Sequence record: OQ174501.1
Source: Escherichia phage REP2
DNA length: 64,000 nt
Strand: one strand, 5' to 3'
Shown: piece after piece, positions 9,873 to 21,219 of the stretch
Layout of the letters: each line of letters starts with the position of its first letter
Numbering within the stretch: position 1 is the stretch's first letter
Translations under genes and position numbers: made by a program
The notes under the pieces: generated by a model
What the model was told of the DNA's origin: nothing
Databases searched by the model: none
The model's input: the letters and a program-made list of their open reading frames with translations, nothing else

Positions 9873-10523
9873 TTAATAATAGCCGAAATCTTGAACAGAA
9901 TCCTTAATTACGATTTGGTCAAATCGTGGAACGTGTGAAGGTTGAGATGCAGGATTCTGTGAAAAAAGGTTTGGCGCAGTTAAATTTCCTGTCATAGTGT
10001 CTCCAGAGCGTAATACCCTAGAGTTTGCATTTGTTGTAACAGTATTTATTGCTCCATCAACATAATCTTTACGAGTAACATCAGATGCTGCGGAAGGAGT
10101 AGATGTAACAGTTACAGATGGAGCCGTTACAGCCCTGGTAAATGTTGTCAAACCTTCTGGTGTAATAGTAATTTGTCCAGTAGTGATTTCACTACCTGCA
10201 GGTCTAAAACTAATACCGCCGGAAGAGCCACCAACTACAAGAGTATTACCGGTACCGCCACCAGAACGAATTCGAATGGGGGTTTCATTATTACTTAATT
10301 GAAGATAACTATTTACCCCGTAATTAATAGTAATTGGACCGGTGTAAGTACCACCATTAGCTTTAGAAACGAAATCGTTATCAGCTGCCTGCGGTTTATT
10401 ATATTCTGAATATATTTTAAATGATTTGTAGAGTACATCGTCACCGGCTGAATTCAATGGAAAATTTCCTTGATGCCAAATGACAGATCCACCTACAGTT
10501 GAACCTACTTTTAAATCAGCCAT
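9873..10523 (-). CDS. 36: Long tail fibre distal connector gp36
   Basis: 216 aa (T4 gp36 about 221 aa); synteny between 35 and 37. Confidence 0.9.
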   Translation of the reverse strand: MADLKVGSTVGGSVIWHQGNFPLNSAGDDVLYKSFKIYSEYNKPQAADNDFVSKANGGTYTGPITINYGVNSYLQLSNNETPIRIRSGGGTGNTLVVGGSSGGISFRPAGSEITTGQITITPEGLTTFTRAVTAPSVTVTSTPSAASDVTRKDYVDGAINTVTTNANSRVLRSGDTMTGNLTAPNLFSQNPASQPSHVPRFDQIVIKDSVQDFGYY

Positions 10524-10546
10524 TATATGCCCCTTTATTTTAATAT

Positions 10547-10554
10547 TATTTATA
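10547..10554 (-). promoter_or_regulatory. Late promoter (TATAAATA) for genes 36-37-38
   Basis: TATAAATA on the - strand, 23 nt upstream of the gene 36 ATG. Confidence 0.75.
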
Positions 10555-10555
10555 A

Positions 10556-10580
10556 AGAAAAAGGGAACCCGAAGGCTCCC
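10556..10580 (-). terminator. Rho-independent terminator between genes 35 and 36
   Basis: On the - strand GGGAGCC-TTCG-GGTTCCC followed by a T-run. Confidence 0.7.
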
Positions 10581-10585
10581 TCAGT

Positions 10586-11701
10586 TTAAACTTCTCTAAA
10601 TTCTTGCCCAAACACTTTGCCAGTTTTAGAAGAGGCTTGTGTAGGAAGTACCATTATATCTGGAGGTGAAGCCGATTCGCAGACATAATTAACGCGAATA
10701 CCGTTGACGCCAAATTCGGCAGGTTTTGAAATGCCGCCATTTCTTGATACTTCAGAAAAGCTTAAATTTCTCATGCCGCCTTGACCTGCTTGGGCAGTTC
10801 TTTGTGCATATATCGTAAATCCTACTGCATTTTCAGGAACAACTACATAATCTTCTTTTAATTCCCAAGACCCAGCTTGCCCAGTAAACTCAGCTTGGGT
10901 CGAGGAAATATATCCATTTGATGCATCATAAAAACGAATAGATATATTTGTAGTTCCAAGATCAAGTAAATCAGCATCAGCATATAGTTGTGCTTTAAGA
11001 TAAAGAACATCACCAGGAATTAAATTGTAGTCAGAAAGTTTACTTATAGCAGCTGAAGTTGGCAATCGCGCAATTTCATTATTAGTTCCTCCAACCGCAG
11101 ACATAAATTGCTCAACGCTTTCGTATGTTCTTTTAGGAAATCCTGTAGCTCCGACGTCTTCTAAACTATCAAATACAACATCTAAAATAGTTTGATAATC
11201 ATCTGTGCTTTTTCTATTACTTAGTTTAACATGCTCTAATGCAATAGCTCTTTTAGAAGAAGTATAAAAAGCAGCATATGACACGTCAAATCTTGACAAT
11301 ACTGAATCTGATGGAAAAACTGAAGTTCCTGCTCCCCTTAACCAAGATACCACTTCAGGAGGAAAATTAACCTTTCCGCTAGTTAATATAGCAACAAGTC
11401 TATTGTTTGACAAAGAATTCATGAAACTGACAAAAGCGGCAGATGTTGTATTGTTTGAAGCAGAAAAAGCATATGACTTGCTATCAACTAATGCTCCCGT
11501 AGAAGGGTCAAAAACTCTTAAATGAAGACCTGCACTAAATGTTTGATTTCCAACGGGATTATCCTGAAATTTAACATATGGTCCCGCAGTAGAAAGCGGG
11601 CAAGAACCCGCTATGCTTATTTTATATCTTACTGAATTGCTTTCCGATAAAAATGGCGTTTGGACATATCCTTGTCCAAACTCTGCCATAAATTTTTCCA
11701 T
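10586..11701 (-). CDS. 35: Long tail fibre hinge protein gp35
   Basis: 371 aa (T4 372 aa); synteny. Confidence 0.9.
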   Translation of the reverse strand: MEKFMAEFGQGYVQTPFLSESNSVRYKISIAGSCPLSTAGPYVKFQDNPVGNQTFSAGLHLRVFDPSTGALVDSKSYAFSASNNTTSAAFVSFMNSLSNNRLVAILTSGKVNFPPEVVSWLRGAGTSVFPSDSVLSRFDVSYAAFYTSSKRAIALEHVKLSNRKSTDDYQTILDVVFDSLEDVGATGFPKRTYESVEQFMSAVGGTNNEIARLPTSAAISKLSDYNLIPGDVLYLKAQLYADADLLDLGTTNISIRFYDASNGYISSTQAEFTGQAGSWELKEDYVVVPENAVGFTIYAQRTAQAGQGGMRNLSFSEVSRNGGISKPAEFGVNGIRVNYVCESASPPDIMVLPTQASSKTGKVFGQEFREV

Positions 11702-11709
11702 AATACCTC

Positions 11710-14700
11710 TTATTCAATCCACTCAAATTTAACAGTTTTATTCACTGGGTCAGGAATAATGCGAACATTACCAATTCGCAAGAAATCGCGAATAGTAAGA
11801 TTACCTATTATTCCATTATCAGATGGGATCGCTCCTATATCTGAAGGTTGAGGAGGGTTACCTCCGTCAAATACCTGAACAAAACTTGACCAAGAGTTTT
11901 TGGTTTTCTGCCATGTACGTGTCCAGCGAGTGGTACGTGCTTCTGGGGTCGTTGGATAAGTAATCCAATCTTGGTAAAGTGAATCAAGTGTGTTACCAAA
12001 CTGAGTCAATGTACCAGGAGATTTAACTTCTTCACCACGTTCTAAGTATGGAAGTCCAGTCACTTCATTAGTTTTTTCAACCATTTTAAAATAACCCGGG
12101 AACTGGTTATAAGTGGCTGAATCATTAATATCGATTGACCAGAATCCTACTGTATCAGATGTTGGCGCACGGGTATATAAATCAGAGGTTTTAGTACCCT
12201 GAGAACGAATTCTCGAGTTAACAGTCAAACCACCCGAACTTATAGTAGCACCTTTTGCAATGATTAAGCTTTCACCAATCGTTACTTGGCCAGATGCATT
12301 ATTAATAGCTAAAGGACGCAATCCATTAAATCCGCCAGTCTGATCACCCGATGCAGTAAGCATAAAATTCGTTACTGACCCGTCATTGCGAACAATGAAA
12401 CCATAATTTCCGCTAATAGCACGGAAAGCATTTGCGCTTCGAGAAATAATTTCACCAGTTGCAGTGACTGAATTACCAAATGTTGCTACACCATTTGCAT
12501 TCAATGTTCCTGAAGCATTAACATTTATCGGTGTTACTGTACCGTTGATATTAAATGTTATATTTCCAGCTTTATTACGCTGAGAATAAAAATGACTAGA
12601 CGTTTCATCACTAACTTCAAATACGGTAGAACGTGTTGTGTCTGATTCCCCACTAAATTGATTTCCCCACACTCTGACTGTCATCGTTTGAGCTGGGTTT
12701 GTTCCAGTTTGAGGTCCTTTCTCAAAAATCAGACGAGTTGCCGTTCCAGTATTAGAAATAGTTAATGTACTATTTGCTGAAACTGATCCACCGAATGTAG
12801 CAGTACTAGATGATACAAGAGGGGCACTCAGATTCGTTTGTTGGGTTAAGGTTAGTGAACCATTAACTGTTTGTGCAATATCCCTACGAATGAACTGGAG
12901 CGAATCTAGACCATCTAATAAATTACTATCTACAGCTTTTGCTTTTAATGGCAAATAATTTGCTAATACGCGATTTAATTCATATGGTGATACTGCATAA
13001 CCATTTTTCTCATATGATTCTAATGGCTGTGTTGAACCTACCGTATCATTACCAACGAATGTAATTGAACCAGATGAAGTTTTAACAAAACCTCTTATCG
13101 CAGTAGTCGCTGCCCAAGTAGGTTCACTCTGCACAATCCATTTTAAATTTTTTGGAGATACAGCAGTATTTGCTGACGTTCCAGCTACAGTTTCAGACCG
13201 AGTTGCAACTTTAATAACGCCTTCCTGTGCTTCAGTAGATTTAGTACCTAAAAGCTTTTTAGGAGTTATTAGAACATTATCTAATGTTCCTGCAGCAGCT
13301 TCAACTTGTGTAGCTACACGAAGTGTACCACGCTGTGTCTCATTTGCTTCAAGAATATTAAGGGTATAATGGTCCCAGAGAGTTCCTGATTCAACTAATC
13401 CAGATAGAGCAACAACAGAAGTACGATCAGTACTATTAAATCTGGTTTTAATTTTTAATGGTGTAGAGATACGAGTATCGTCGACGCCTGCGTCGAATTC
13501 AACCTGTGTAGCAATTTCAGCTATACCACTTAAACTTTCAGTTGCTCTACGGTCATTTAAAGTTTTAGGAGTGACTGCACGAGTATAATCAGTTCCTGTA
13601 TTAACTTCACTTTGTGTAGCAATTTCAATTAAACCAATTCTTGCATCAGTTGATGTCTTTTTATGTAACGTTTCTGGCGTTACAACCGCATTTGCCCATC
13701 CTTCTTGGCTTTGTCCAGCAATTACTTCACTTTCAACTGCTAAAATTACTGCGCCTTGTTGCGTTGGAGTAGCTTTATACTGATCCAAAGCTTTAGGTGA
13801 AACAACTAAATTATTAGTGTTTTTATTATAAACATTCGTACCATTTAATTCACGACTAGAAGCTGGAGTAGCTCCTGCGGTAGATACAAAAGTTACAATA
13901 CCAGATAATGATTCAGAACCTTGACGAGCTTGAAGCTTTTTAGGAGTGATGATTGTAGTATCATCAGTACCTGTATTAGTTTCCTGCTGCGTAGCAATTT
14001 CAGCGACACCTCTACGAGTTTCTGTAGCAGTTCTTTCATTCAGCTTTTTAGGAGTGATGATAAGGTCATCTGCAAAAGAGAATGTAGTGTTCTGATTTAC
14101 TTGAGCAGTAGTTGCTATTCTTGCAATACCTCTGCGAGTTTCAGTAGCAGTACGATTAGCTAACGTTTCTGGAGTAATTGCCAATTCTTTTTGCGGAGAA
14201 TTTTCTAAATCAGCATTTGCTTGAGCTTGTGTAGCTAAAGCAATTACGCCTAATCTTGCTCTAGTAGAATTATTTAAAGAATCGACTCTTTCAACTGTTG
14301 GAACGTTTTGCTGTACAACCCAGTATTTTCCATCAGAATCTTCTATATAAGCAAGTTGCAAAACTGGTACATAATTAGTTTCACCATTAAAAACTAATTC
14401 TTGAACTGTTACCCATTCAGCTTCAGGCGGATATTCTGAACGTTTTGGAAATTGCAGCAATTGAACTGAAGAAGCAATTTTATCTTCACCGGCAGCTTTG
14501 ATTTTAACTGTTTGTCCTTTTCTCATATAATTCATGGAAATCTTAACAGTATCACCGATAGAAATATCAGTTGGAAGCTGAAGTTCAATCGTTTGAGTTG
14601 TTCCATTATTCGCGCCAAATACCATGACTTCTTCATTTGGACGAATATTAGAATTAGTCGTTATAATGCGTAAACGTGCTTTACTATCCCCGTCAAACAA

Positions 14701-15579
14701 TCTCCACAATTTCTCATTATCATCAAACATCAAGAAACCATCAATAGATGTACGACCTTCAATGGAATGAGTTCCAACTTCTTGTACAGAAGTAGTTTCA
14801 TCGTATGTAGTAACGATAGTATGATATAACGGATTTAATTTATCTAAATCAACGAAATTAATGATATCTCCATGATTGGCAAATCTTGGAAGTTTAACAT
14901 TAATCGGTGCGGCAGAAGTAAATCTACGTACGATAAAATCATTAGATTGTGCTTGATATGCAGTCGATGGAGTAACAATTGCAGCTTCTCTGCTATAATC
15001 AGCAATATACATTTGCCACAAACGGTTATTAAAAATGAATACCATCTGTGACTTTGGATGAGTCATTAAAACTGAACGTACTTGTTCACCTCTAAAATTG
15101 ACAATACTCTGATTTGAAGAATTTATTTTAACCTGATTTATGCCAGGTTTTCCACCGATATCTTGAATTATTACGGTTTCTCCATCAAGCGGAGAAGGTG
15201 GTAAAGTAAACTCAATGTCATTGCCAACTGATGTATCTACTGAAATTGCTTCTCCAGATTTTAATTGATATGGTCCAGATGATACAGTTGTATATACAGC
15301 ATCAGTACGTAATGCTTTCCAACGAATTCTATTAAAATTTCCAGCAGGTTTTGGAATATTATCCGTTGCTGCCCAAAAACGATTATTATAAATGATTACA
15401 AAATCTTTTAAATATCCACGAGTTGGATCATATTGCTGAACTGTGTTTTCTTGAATTAAGTAATCAACGTTAACACCGTCAGTTCCTACGGTACGATCAG
15501 CTAAAGCTACGTTGATTATTTTATCGCCACCTGCGTCCAGACCATCTTCTGCTCTGAACTTTCTTTTAATCTCGGCCAT
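11710..15579 (-). CDS. 34: Long tail fibre proximal subunit gp34
   Basis: 1289 aa, same length as T4 gp34; internal fibrous repeats. Confidence 0.95.
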   Translation of the reverse strand: MAEIKRKFRAEDGLDAGGDKIINVALADRTVGTDGVNVDYLIQENTVQQYDPTRGYLKDFVIIYNNRFWAATDNIPKPAGNFNRIRWKALRTDAVYTTVSSGPYQLKSGEAISVDTSVGNDIEFTLPPSPLDGETVIIQDIGGKPGINQVKINSSNQSIVNFRGEQVRSVLMTHPKSQMVFIFNNRLWQMYIADYSREAAIVTPSTAYQAQSNDFIVRRFTSAAPINVKLPRFANHGDIINFVDLDKLNPLYHTIVTTYDETTSVQEVGTHSIEGRTSIDGFLMFDDNEKLWRLFDGDSKARLRIITTNSNIRPNEEVMVFGANNGTTQTIELQLPTDISIGDTVKISMNYMRKGQTVKIKAAGEDKIASSVQLLQFPKRSEYPPEAEWVTVQELVFNGETNYVPVLQLAYIEDSDGKYWVVQQNVPTVERVDSLNNSTRARLGVIALATQAQANADLENSPQKELAITPETLANRTATETRRGIARIATTAQVNQNTTFSFADDLIITPKKLNERTATETRRGVAEIATQQETNTGTDDTTIITPKKLQARQGSESLSGIVTFVSTAGATPASSRELNGTNVYNKNTNNLVVSPKALDQYKATPTQQGAVILAVESEVIAGQSQEGWANAVVTPETLHKKTSTDARIGLIEIATQSEVNTGTDYTRAVTPKTLNDRRATESLSGIAEIATQVEFDAGVDDTRISTPLKIKTRFNSTDRTSVVALSGLVESGTLWDHYTLNILEANETQRGTLRVATQVEAAAGTLDNVLITPKKLLGTKSTEAQEGVIKVATRSETVAGTSANTAVSPKNLKWIVQSEPTWAATTAIRGFVKTSSGSITFVGNDTVGSTQPLESYEKNGYAVSPYELNRVLANYLPLKAKAVDSNLLDGLDSLQFIRRDIAQTVNGSLTLTQQTNLSAPLVSSSTATFGGSVSANSTLTISNTGTATRLIFEKGPQTGTNPAQTMTVRVWGNQFSGESDTTRSTVFEVSDETSSHFYSQRNKAGNITFNINGTVTPINVNASGTLNANGVATFGNSVTATGEIISRSANAFRAISGNYGFIVRNDGSVTNFMLTASGDQTGGFNGLRPLAINNASGQVTIGESLIIAKGATISSGGLTVNSRIRSQGTKTSDLYTRAPTSDTVGFWSIDINDSATYNQFPGYFKMVEKTNEVTGLPYLERGEEVKSPGTLTQFGNTLDSLYQDWITYPTTPEARTTRWTRTWQKTKNSWSSFVQVFDGGNPPQPSDIGAIPSDNGIIGNLTIRDFLRIGNVRIIPDPVNKTVKFEWIE

Positions 15580-15613
15580 TCTCCCGGGCTCCTATTGTGT
15601 TTTCAATAATAAG

Positions 15614-15621
15614 TATTTATA
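15614..15621 (-). promoter_or_regulatory. Late promoter (TATAAATA) for gene 34
   Basis: TATAAATA on the - strand, 34 nt upstream of the gene 34 ATG. Confidence 0.75.
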
Positions 15622-15624
15622 CCT

Positions 15625-15654
15625 GTTTACTTTAAGATTTAGATAGTATATAAT
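15625..15654 (+). promoter_or_regulatory. Early-type promoter for rnh, divergent from P34
   Basis: GTTTAC (15625-15630), 18-bp spacer, TATAAT (15649-15654). Confidence 0.65.
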
Positions 15655-15683
15655 AGAAATCTCACTAATTGAACGAGGTTCAT

Positions 15684-16601
15684 ATGGATTTAGAAATGAT
15701 GCTGGATGAAGATTACAAAGAAGGAATTTGCTTTATTGACTTTAGTCAAATTGCTCTTTCAACTGCTCTGGTAAACTTCCCAGATAAAGAAAAAATTAAT
15801 TTATCGATGGTTCGTCATTTGATATTGAACTCAATTAAGTTTAATGTCAAAAAAGCAAAAACGCTTGGATACACTAAAATTGTACTGTGTATTGATAACG
15901 CGAAATCTGGATATTGGCGTCGTGATTTCGCTTATTATTATAAGAAAAACCGTGGAAAAGCACGAGAAGAATCTACTTGGGACTGGGAAGGTTATTTTGA
16001 ATCCAGTCATAAAGTTATAGATGAATTGAAAGCTTATATGCCATACATTGTTATGGATATTGATAAGTATGAAGCAGATGACCACATTGCTGTTCTTGTT
16101 AAAAAGTTCTCTTTAGAAGGACACAAGATTTTAATCATTTCATCGGATGGTGACTTTACTCAACTTCACAAATATCCAAATGTTAAGCAATGGTCACCGA
16201 TGCACAAGAAATGGGTTAAAATTAAAAGCGGTTCTGCTGAAATTGACTGTATGACTAAAATCCTTAAGGGCGACAAAAAGGATAACGTTGCTTCGGTTAA
16301 AGTACGATCTGATTTTTGGTTTACCAGAGTTGAAGGTGAACGAACTCCTTCAATGAAAACTTCAATAGTTGAAGCTATTGCTAATGACCGTGAGCAAGCT
16401 AAGGTGCTTCTCTCAGAATCTGAGTATAATCGTTATAAAGAAAATTTAGTTCTAATTGATTTTGATTATATTCCTGATAATATTGCTTCAAACATTGTGA
16501 ATTACTATAATTCATATAAATTACCACCGCGTGGCAAAATTTATTCATATTTTGTAAAAGCGGGTCTTTCTAAATTAACTAATAGCATTAATGAATTTTG
16601 A
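15684..16601 (+). CDS. rnh: RNase H (5'-3' exonuclease / flap endonuclease)
   Basis: 305 aa from MDLEMMLDEDYKEG...; matches T4 RNase H. The track ORF starts 5 codons upstream. Confidence 0.95.
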   Translation: MDLEMMLDEDYKEGICFIDFSQIALSTALVNFPDKEKINLSMVRHLILNSIKFNVKKAKTLGYTKIVLCIDNAKSGYWRRDFAYYYKKNRGKAREESTWDWEGYFESSHKVIDELKAYMPYIVMDIDKYEADDHIAVLVKKFSLEGHKILIISSDGDFTQLHKYPNVKQWSPMHKKWVKIKSGSAEIDCMTKILKGDKKDNVASVKVRSDFWFTRVEGERTPSMKTSIVEAIANDREQAKVLLSESEYNRYKENLVLIDFDYIPDNIASNIVNYYNSYKLPPRGKIYSYFVKAGLSKLTNSINEF

Positions 16602-16609
16602 GGTGAATA

Positions 16610-16879
16610 ATGGCTAAAAAAGAAATGGTTGAATTTGATGAAGCTATCCATGGCGAAGACTTGGCTAAATTTATTAAAGAAGCATCTGATCATAAACTGA
16701 AAATTTCCGGTTATAATGAACTGATTAAAGATATTCGAATTCGTGCCAAAGATGAACTTGGCGTTGATGGTAAGATGTTTAATCGTCTATTAGCTTTGTA
16801 TCATAAAGATAACCGTGATGTGTTTGAAGCTGAAACTGAAGAGGTAGTTGAACTTTATGACACAGTTTTCTCTAAATGA
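16610..16879 (+). CDS. dsbA: Double-stranded DNA-binding protein DsbA (late transcription enhancer)
   Basis: 89 aa, as in T4; synteny. Confidence 0.9.
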   Translation: MAKKEMVEFDEAIHGEDLAKFIKEASDHKLKISGYNELIKDIRIRAKDELGVDGKMFNRLLALYHKDNRDVFEAETEEVVELYDTVFSK

Positions 16880-17195
16880 TATTCGTCCGGTCGATGAGAC
16901 CGGTCTTTCAGAAAAAGAACTTTCAATTAAGAAAGAAAAGGATGAAATTGCAAAGCTTCTTGACCGTCAAGAAAACGGATTTATTATTGAAAAAATGGTA
17001 GAAGAGTTTGGAATGAGTTATCTTGAAGCTACGACAGCATTCTTGGAAGAAAACTCTATTCCTGAAACTCAATTTGCTAAATTTATTCCTTCGGGGATAA
17101 TTGAAAAAATCCAGTCAGAAGCTATTGACGAAAATCTTTTACGTCCTTCTGTTGTTCGTTGTGAAAAAACTAATACATTAGATTTTCTACTATGA
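16857..17195 (+). CDS. 33: Late transcription co-activator gp33
   Basis: 112 aa from MTQFSLNDIRPVDETGLSEKE...; matches T4 gp33. Confidence 0.9.
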   Translation: MTQFSLNDIRPVDETGLSEKELSIKKEKDEIAKLLDRQENGFIIEKMVEEFGMSYLEATTAFLEENSIPETQFAKFIPSGIIEKIQSEAIDENLLRPSVVRCEKTNTLDFLL

Positions 17196-17845
17196 TTAAA
17201 CTCCGCATGCCTGCTGGTGGTGAAAGATATATTGATGGTAAATCAGTTTATAAATTATACTTAATGATAAAACAACATATGAATGGAAAGTATGATGTAA
17301 TTAAGTATAATTGGTGCATGCGGGTGTCTGATGCCGCTTATCAAAAGCGAAGGGATAAGTATTTTTTCCAGAAGTTATCAGAAAAATATAAATTAAAGGA
17401 ACTTGCTTTAATCTTTATAAGCAATCTGGTTGCTAACCAAGATGCTTGGATTGGTGACATCTCTGACGCTGATGCACTTGTGTTTTATCGTGAATATATC
17501 GGACGCTTAAAGCAAATTAAATTTAAGTTTGAAGAAGATATTCGCAACATTTATTATTTTAGTAAAAAAGTTGAAGTTTCTGCTTTTAAAGAAATCTTTG
17601 AGTATAATCCAAAAGTTCAGTCGAGTTATATTTTTAAACTACTTCAATCGAATATAATTTCGTTTGAGACGTTTATCTTGCTTGATTCGTTTTTAAATAT
17701 AATCGATAAACATGATGAACAGACTGATAATTTAGTTTGGAACAATTATTCTATAAAGTTAAAAGCTTATAGAAAAATTTTAAATATTGATTCACAGAAA
17801 GCTAAAAATGTTTTCATTGAAACTGTGAAATCTTGCAAGTATTAA
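17192..17845 (+). CDS. 59: Helicase loader gp59
   Basis: 217 aa, as in T4; synteny between 33 and 32. Confidence 0.9.
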   Translation: MIKLRMPAGGERYIDGKSVYKLYLMIKQHMNGKYDVIKYNWCMRVSDAAYQKRRDKYFFQKLSEKYKLKELALIFISNLVANQDAWIGDISDADALVFYREYIGRLKQIKFKFEEDIRNIYYFSKKVEVSAFKEIFEYNPKVQSSYIFKLLQSNIISFETFILLDSFLNIIDKHDEQTDNLVWNNYSIKLKAYRKILNIDSQKAKNVFIETVKSCKY

Positions 17846-17846
17846 T

Positions 17847-17870
17847 TGCTTATTATAAATAGATTATAAT
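17847..17870 (+). promoter_or_regulatory. Middle (MotA-dependent) promoter upstream of gene 32
   Basis: MotA box TTGCTTA (17846-17852), 12 nt, TATAAT (17865-17870). Confidence 0.65.
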
Positions 17871-17872
17871 TA

Positions 17873-17944
17873 TCTCACTGACCAGCTATGAGGTCATACA
17901 TCGTCATAGCACCAACTGTTAATTAAATTAAAAAGGAAATAAAA
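17873..17944 (+). promoter_or_regulatory. Gene 32 autogenous translational operator (structured element plus AU-rich unstructured leader)
   Basis: Leader ...TGACCAGCTATGAGGTCATACATCGTCATAGCAC... followed by TTAATTAAATTAAAAAGGAAATAAAAATG, the motif remembered for the T4 gene 32 operator. Confidence 0.6.
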
Positions 17945-18853
17945 ATGTTTAAACGTAAATCTACTGCTGAACTCGCTGCACAAATGGCTAAACTGGCTGG
18001 AAATAAAGGTGGTTTTTCTTCTGAAGATAAAGGCGAGTGGAAACTGAAACTCGATAATGCGGGTAACGGTCAAGCAGTAATTCGTTTTCTTCCGTCTAAA
18101 AATGATGAACAAGCACCATTCGCAATTCTTGTAAATCACGGTTTCAAGAAAAACGGTAAATGGTATATCGAAAATTGCTCATCTACCCACGGTGATTACG
18201 ATTCTTGCCCAGTATGTCAGTACATCAGTAAAAATGATCTGTACAACACTGACAATAAAGAGTACAGTCTTGTTAAACGTAAAACTTCTTACTGGGCTAA
18301 CATTCTTGTTGTAAAAGACCCAGCTGCTCCAGAAAACGAAGGTAAAGTATTTAAATATCGTTTCGGTAAGAAAATCTGGGATAAAATCAATGCAATGATT
18401 GCAGTTGATGTTGAAATGGGTGAAACTCCGGTTGATGTAACTTGCCCGTGGGAAGGTGCTAACTTTGTACTGAAAGTTAAACAAGTTTCTGGTTTTAGTA
18501 ACTACGACGAATCTAAATTCCTGAATCAATCTGCGATTCCAAACATTGACGATGAATCTTTCCAGAAAGAACTGTTCGAACAAATGGTTGACCTTTCTGA
18601 AATGACTTCTAAAGATAAATTCAAATCATTTGAAGAACTGAGCACTAAATTCAGTCAAGTTATGGGAACTGCTGCAATGGGTGGTGCCGCTGCAACTGCC
18701 GCTAAGAAAGCTGATAAAGTTGCTGATGATTTGGATGCATTCAATGTTGATGACTTCAATACAAAAACTGAAGATGATTTTATGAGCTCAAGCTCTGGCA
18801 GTTCATCTAGTGCTGATGACACAGACCTGGATGACCTTTTGAATGACCTTTAA
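17945..18853 (+). CDS. 32: Single-stranded DNA-binding protein gp32
   Basis: 302 aa; [52 protein letters not shown]...; acidic Ser/Asp-rich C-terminus. Confidence 0.97.
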   Translation: MFKRKSTAELAAQMAKLAGNKGGFSSEDKGEWKLKLDNAGNGQAVIRFLPSKNDEQAPFAILVNHGFKKNGKWYIENCSSTHGDYDSCPVCQYISKNDLYNTDNKEYSLVKRKTSYWANILVVKDPAAPENEGKVFKYRFGKKIWDKINAMIAVDVEMGETPVDVTCPWEGANFVLKVKQVSGFSNYDESKFLNQSAIPNIDDESFQKELFEQMVDLSEMTSKDKFKSFEELSTKFSQVMGTAAMGGAAATAAKKADKVADDLDAFNVDDFNTKTEDDFMSSSSGSSSSADDTDLDDLLNDL

Positions 18854-18865
18854 TAGATTATATTA

Positions 18866-18893
18866 CTAATTAATTGGGGACCCTAGAGGTCCC
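18866..18893 (+). terminator. Rho-independent terminator after gene 32
   Basis: GGGGACC-CTAGA-GGTCCCC followed by TTTTTTATTT. Confidence 0.85.
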
Positions 18894-18924
18894 CTTTTTT
18901 ATTTCAAAAATTTTTCATAAAACG

Positions 18925-18954
18925 GTTTACATCCTTGTCCTTCCATGGTACTAT
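18925..18954 (+). promoter_or_regulatory. Early-type promoter
   Basis: GTTTAC (18925-18930), 18-bp spacer, TGGTACTAT; followed by a perfect 8-bp-stem hairpin TATCAGCA-ATAC-TGCTGATA (18960-18979) at the predicted 5' end of the transcript. Confidence 0.65.
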
Positions 18955-18997
18955 ACAACTATCAGCAATACTGCTGATAATTAAAGAGGAAAATAAT

Positions 18998-19228
18998 ATG
19001 GCTAAAGTTGATATTGACATCGTTGATTTTGAATATATTGAAGAAATTATTCGTAATCGTTATCCTGAACTTAGTATCACAAGTATTCACGATGATCCCA
19101 ATTATTGCAATTTTTCTATTGTCATTGAAGGTCCTCTTGAAGACCTCACCCGCTTTATGGCTAATGAATATTGTGATGGTATGGATTCTGAAGACGCAGA
19201 ATTTTACATGGGATTGATTGAACAATAA
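18998..19228 (+). CDS. Hypothetical early protein (frd.3 position)
   Basis: 76 aa from [11 protein letters not shown]..., SD AAGAGGA 7 nt upstream; the track ORF start at 18935 lies upstream of the promoter. Confidence 0.6.
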   Translation: MAKVDIDIVDFEYIEEIIRNRYPELSITSIHDDPNYCNFSIVIEGPLEDLTRFMANEYCDGMDSEDAEFYMGLIEQ

Positions 19229-19274
19229 TTATCAAGGGGGCTATTACAAGCCCCGTTAAAATGAGGAAAACGTA

Positions 19275-19640
19275 ATGTATATTGGCAAAAAGTATGAGCT
19301 TGTTCCAAGACTTATTGATACATTTATTAATTATCGCCCACGTTCTAATTCATCAATAGTTAAAATTATTCAAGAAAATGGTGGATGGTTTGAAGTTAAA
19401 GAAGCTTTCTTTGTTGATGGATTTAGAGTAATAAAACACATTGAATGCGCAAATGGAAAGCATTTTTACTTTAACGTTTGTGAAGACGAATTTCATTGTT
19501 TCCGCGAATATAAAGAACCTACTTCTGAAGAGGATGAAGTTAAAGACAAGGTTTCTGGCGTAACAAAAATTCACTGCATTGTTGACGAAAATAATGTAGA
19601 TGAAATCATTGAACTTTTGCGAAAAACTTTCAAAAAGTAG
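19275..19640 (+). CDS. Hypothetical early protein (frd.2 position)
   Basis: 121-aa ORF with SD GAGGA upstream. Confidence 0.6.
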   Translation: MYIGKKYELVPRLIDTFINYRPRSNSSIVKIIQENGGWFEVKEAFFVDGFRVIKHIECANGKHFYFNVCEDEFHCFREYKEPTSEEDEVKDKVSGVTKIHCIVDENNVDEIIELLRKTFKK

Positions 19641-19670
19641 TTTACAACAGGGTAGTAGTGTGATACTATT
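19641..19670 (+). promoter_or_regulatory. Early-type promoter
   Basis: GTTTAC (19641-19646), TGATACTAT -10; inverted repeat GGGTAGTAG / CTATTACCC (19651-19675) embraces the -10. Confidence 0.6.
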
Positions 19671-19699
19671 ACCCTATCAAAACTAATGGAGAAAAGAAA

Positions 19700-19768
19700 A
19701 TGTTCGCACCTTATATTATGGCAGCAGTTATGTTGGTCTGTTTATATCTTTTGATTAAAGCTTGCTAA
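19700..19768 (+). CDS. Small hydrophobic peptide (22 aa), hypothetical
   Basis: MFAPYIMAAVMLVCLYLLIKAC with SD GGAG 8 nt upstream; below the track cutoff. Confidence 0.3.
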   Translation: MFAPYIMAAVMLVCLYLLIKAC

Positions 19769-19778
19769 GGAGAATAAA

Positions 19779-20021
19779 ATGAGATTACAACGCCAGAGCA
19801 TCAAAGATTCGGAAGTTAGAGGTAAATGGTATTTTAATATCATCGGTAAAGATTCTGAACTCATTGAAAAAGCTGAACATCTTTTACGTGATATGGGATG
19901 GGAAGATGAATGCGATGGATGTCCTCTTTATGAAGATGGAGAAAGCGCAGGATTCTGGATTTACCATTCTGATGTTGATCAGTTTAAAGCTGATTGGAAA
20001 ACTGTGAAAAAGTCTATTTGA
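19779..20021 (+). CDS. Hypothetical early protein
   Basis: 80-aa ORF with AAGGAGAATAAAATG start context. Confidence 0.6.
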   Translation: MRLQRQSIKDSEVRGKWYFNIIGKDSELIEKAEHLLRDMGWEDECDGCPLYEDGESAGFWIYHSDVDQFKADWKTVKKSI

Positions 20022-20031
20022 GGAAAATATT

Positions 20032-20387
20032 ATGTCTGACATTCATGTAACTGGAATTTCTCAAGTAAAAATTCGTTGCCAACTTAAAACCGCGCCTGGG
20101 ACGGCTTTTATTAATTTATCACACGACATAGATTCCCGTGAAAGCCAGTTAATGGGTGTAATTACATTTTACGCTGGATTTGGCGGAAACAAATTTACTG
20201 TAGGGGAAATTGTCGGCCGTAAATTAAAAGTTCAGAAGAACGTGTTAGAACTTTTTAATGATCTTTACGATGATAGTGATGAAGTTTTTGATGAAATCGC
20301 ACAAGCAGTTAACAGAGGAATGGTAACTTTAGTTAAAATGATTGACGCTAGCGGATATGCTCATGACTCTTTTCAATGGGAGGTAAT

Positions 20388-20391
<4 letters not shown>
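20032..20391 (+). CDS. Hypothetical early protein (frd.1-region)
   Basis: 119-aa ORF with SD GAGGA upstream. Confidence 0.6.
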
Positions 20392-21217
<826 letters not shown>

Positions 21218-21219
21218 AA

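Noticed and set aside
13500-14300. Repetitive DNA inside gene 34 as a possible repeat array or mobile element
   Set aside because: The repeats are in-frame and encode the recurring fibrous motifs (...TPKKL...TATETRRG...) of the proximal fibre shaft.
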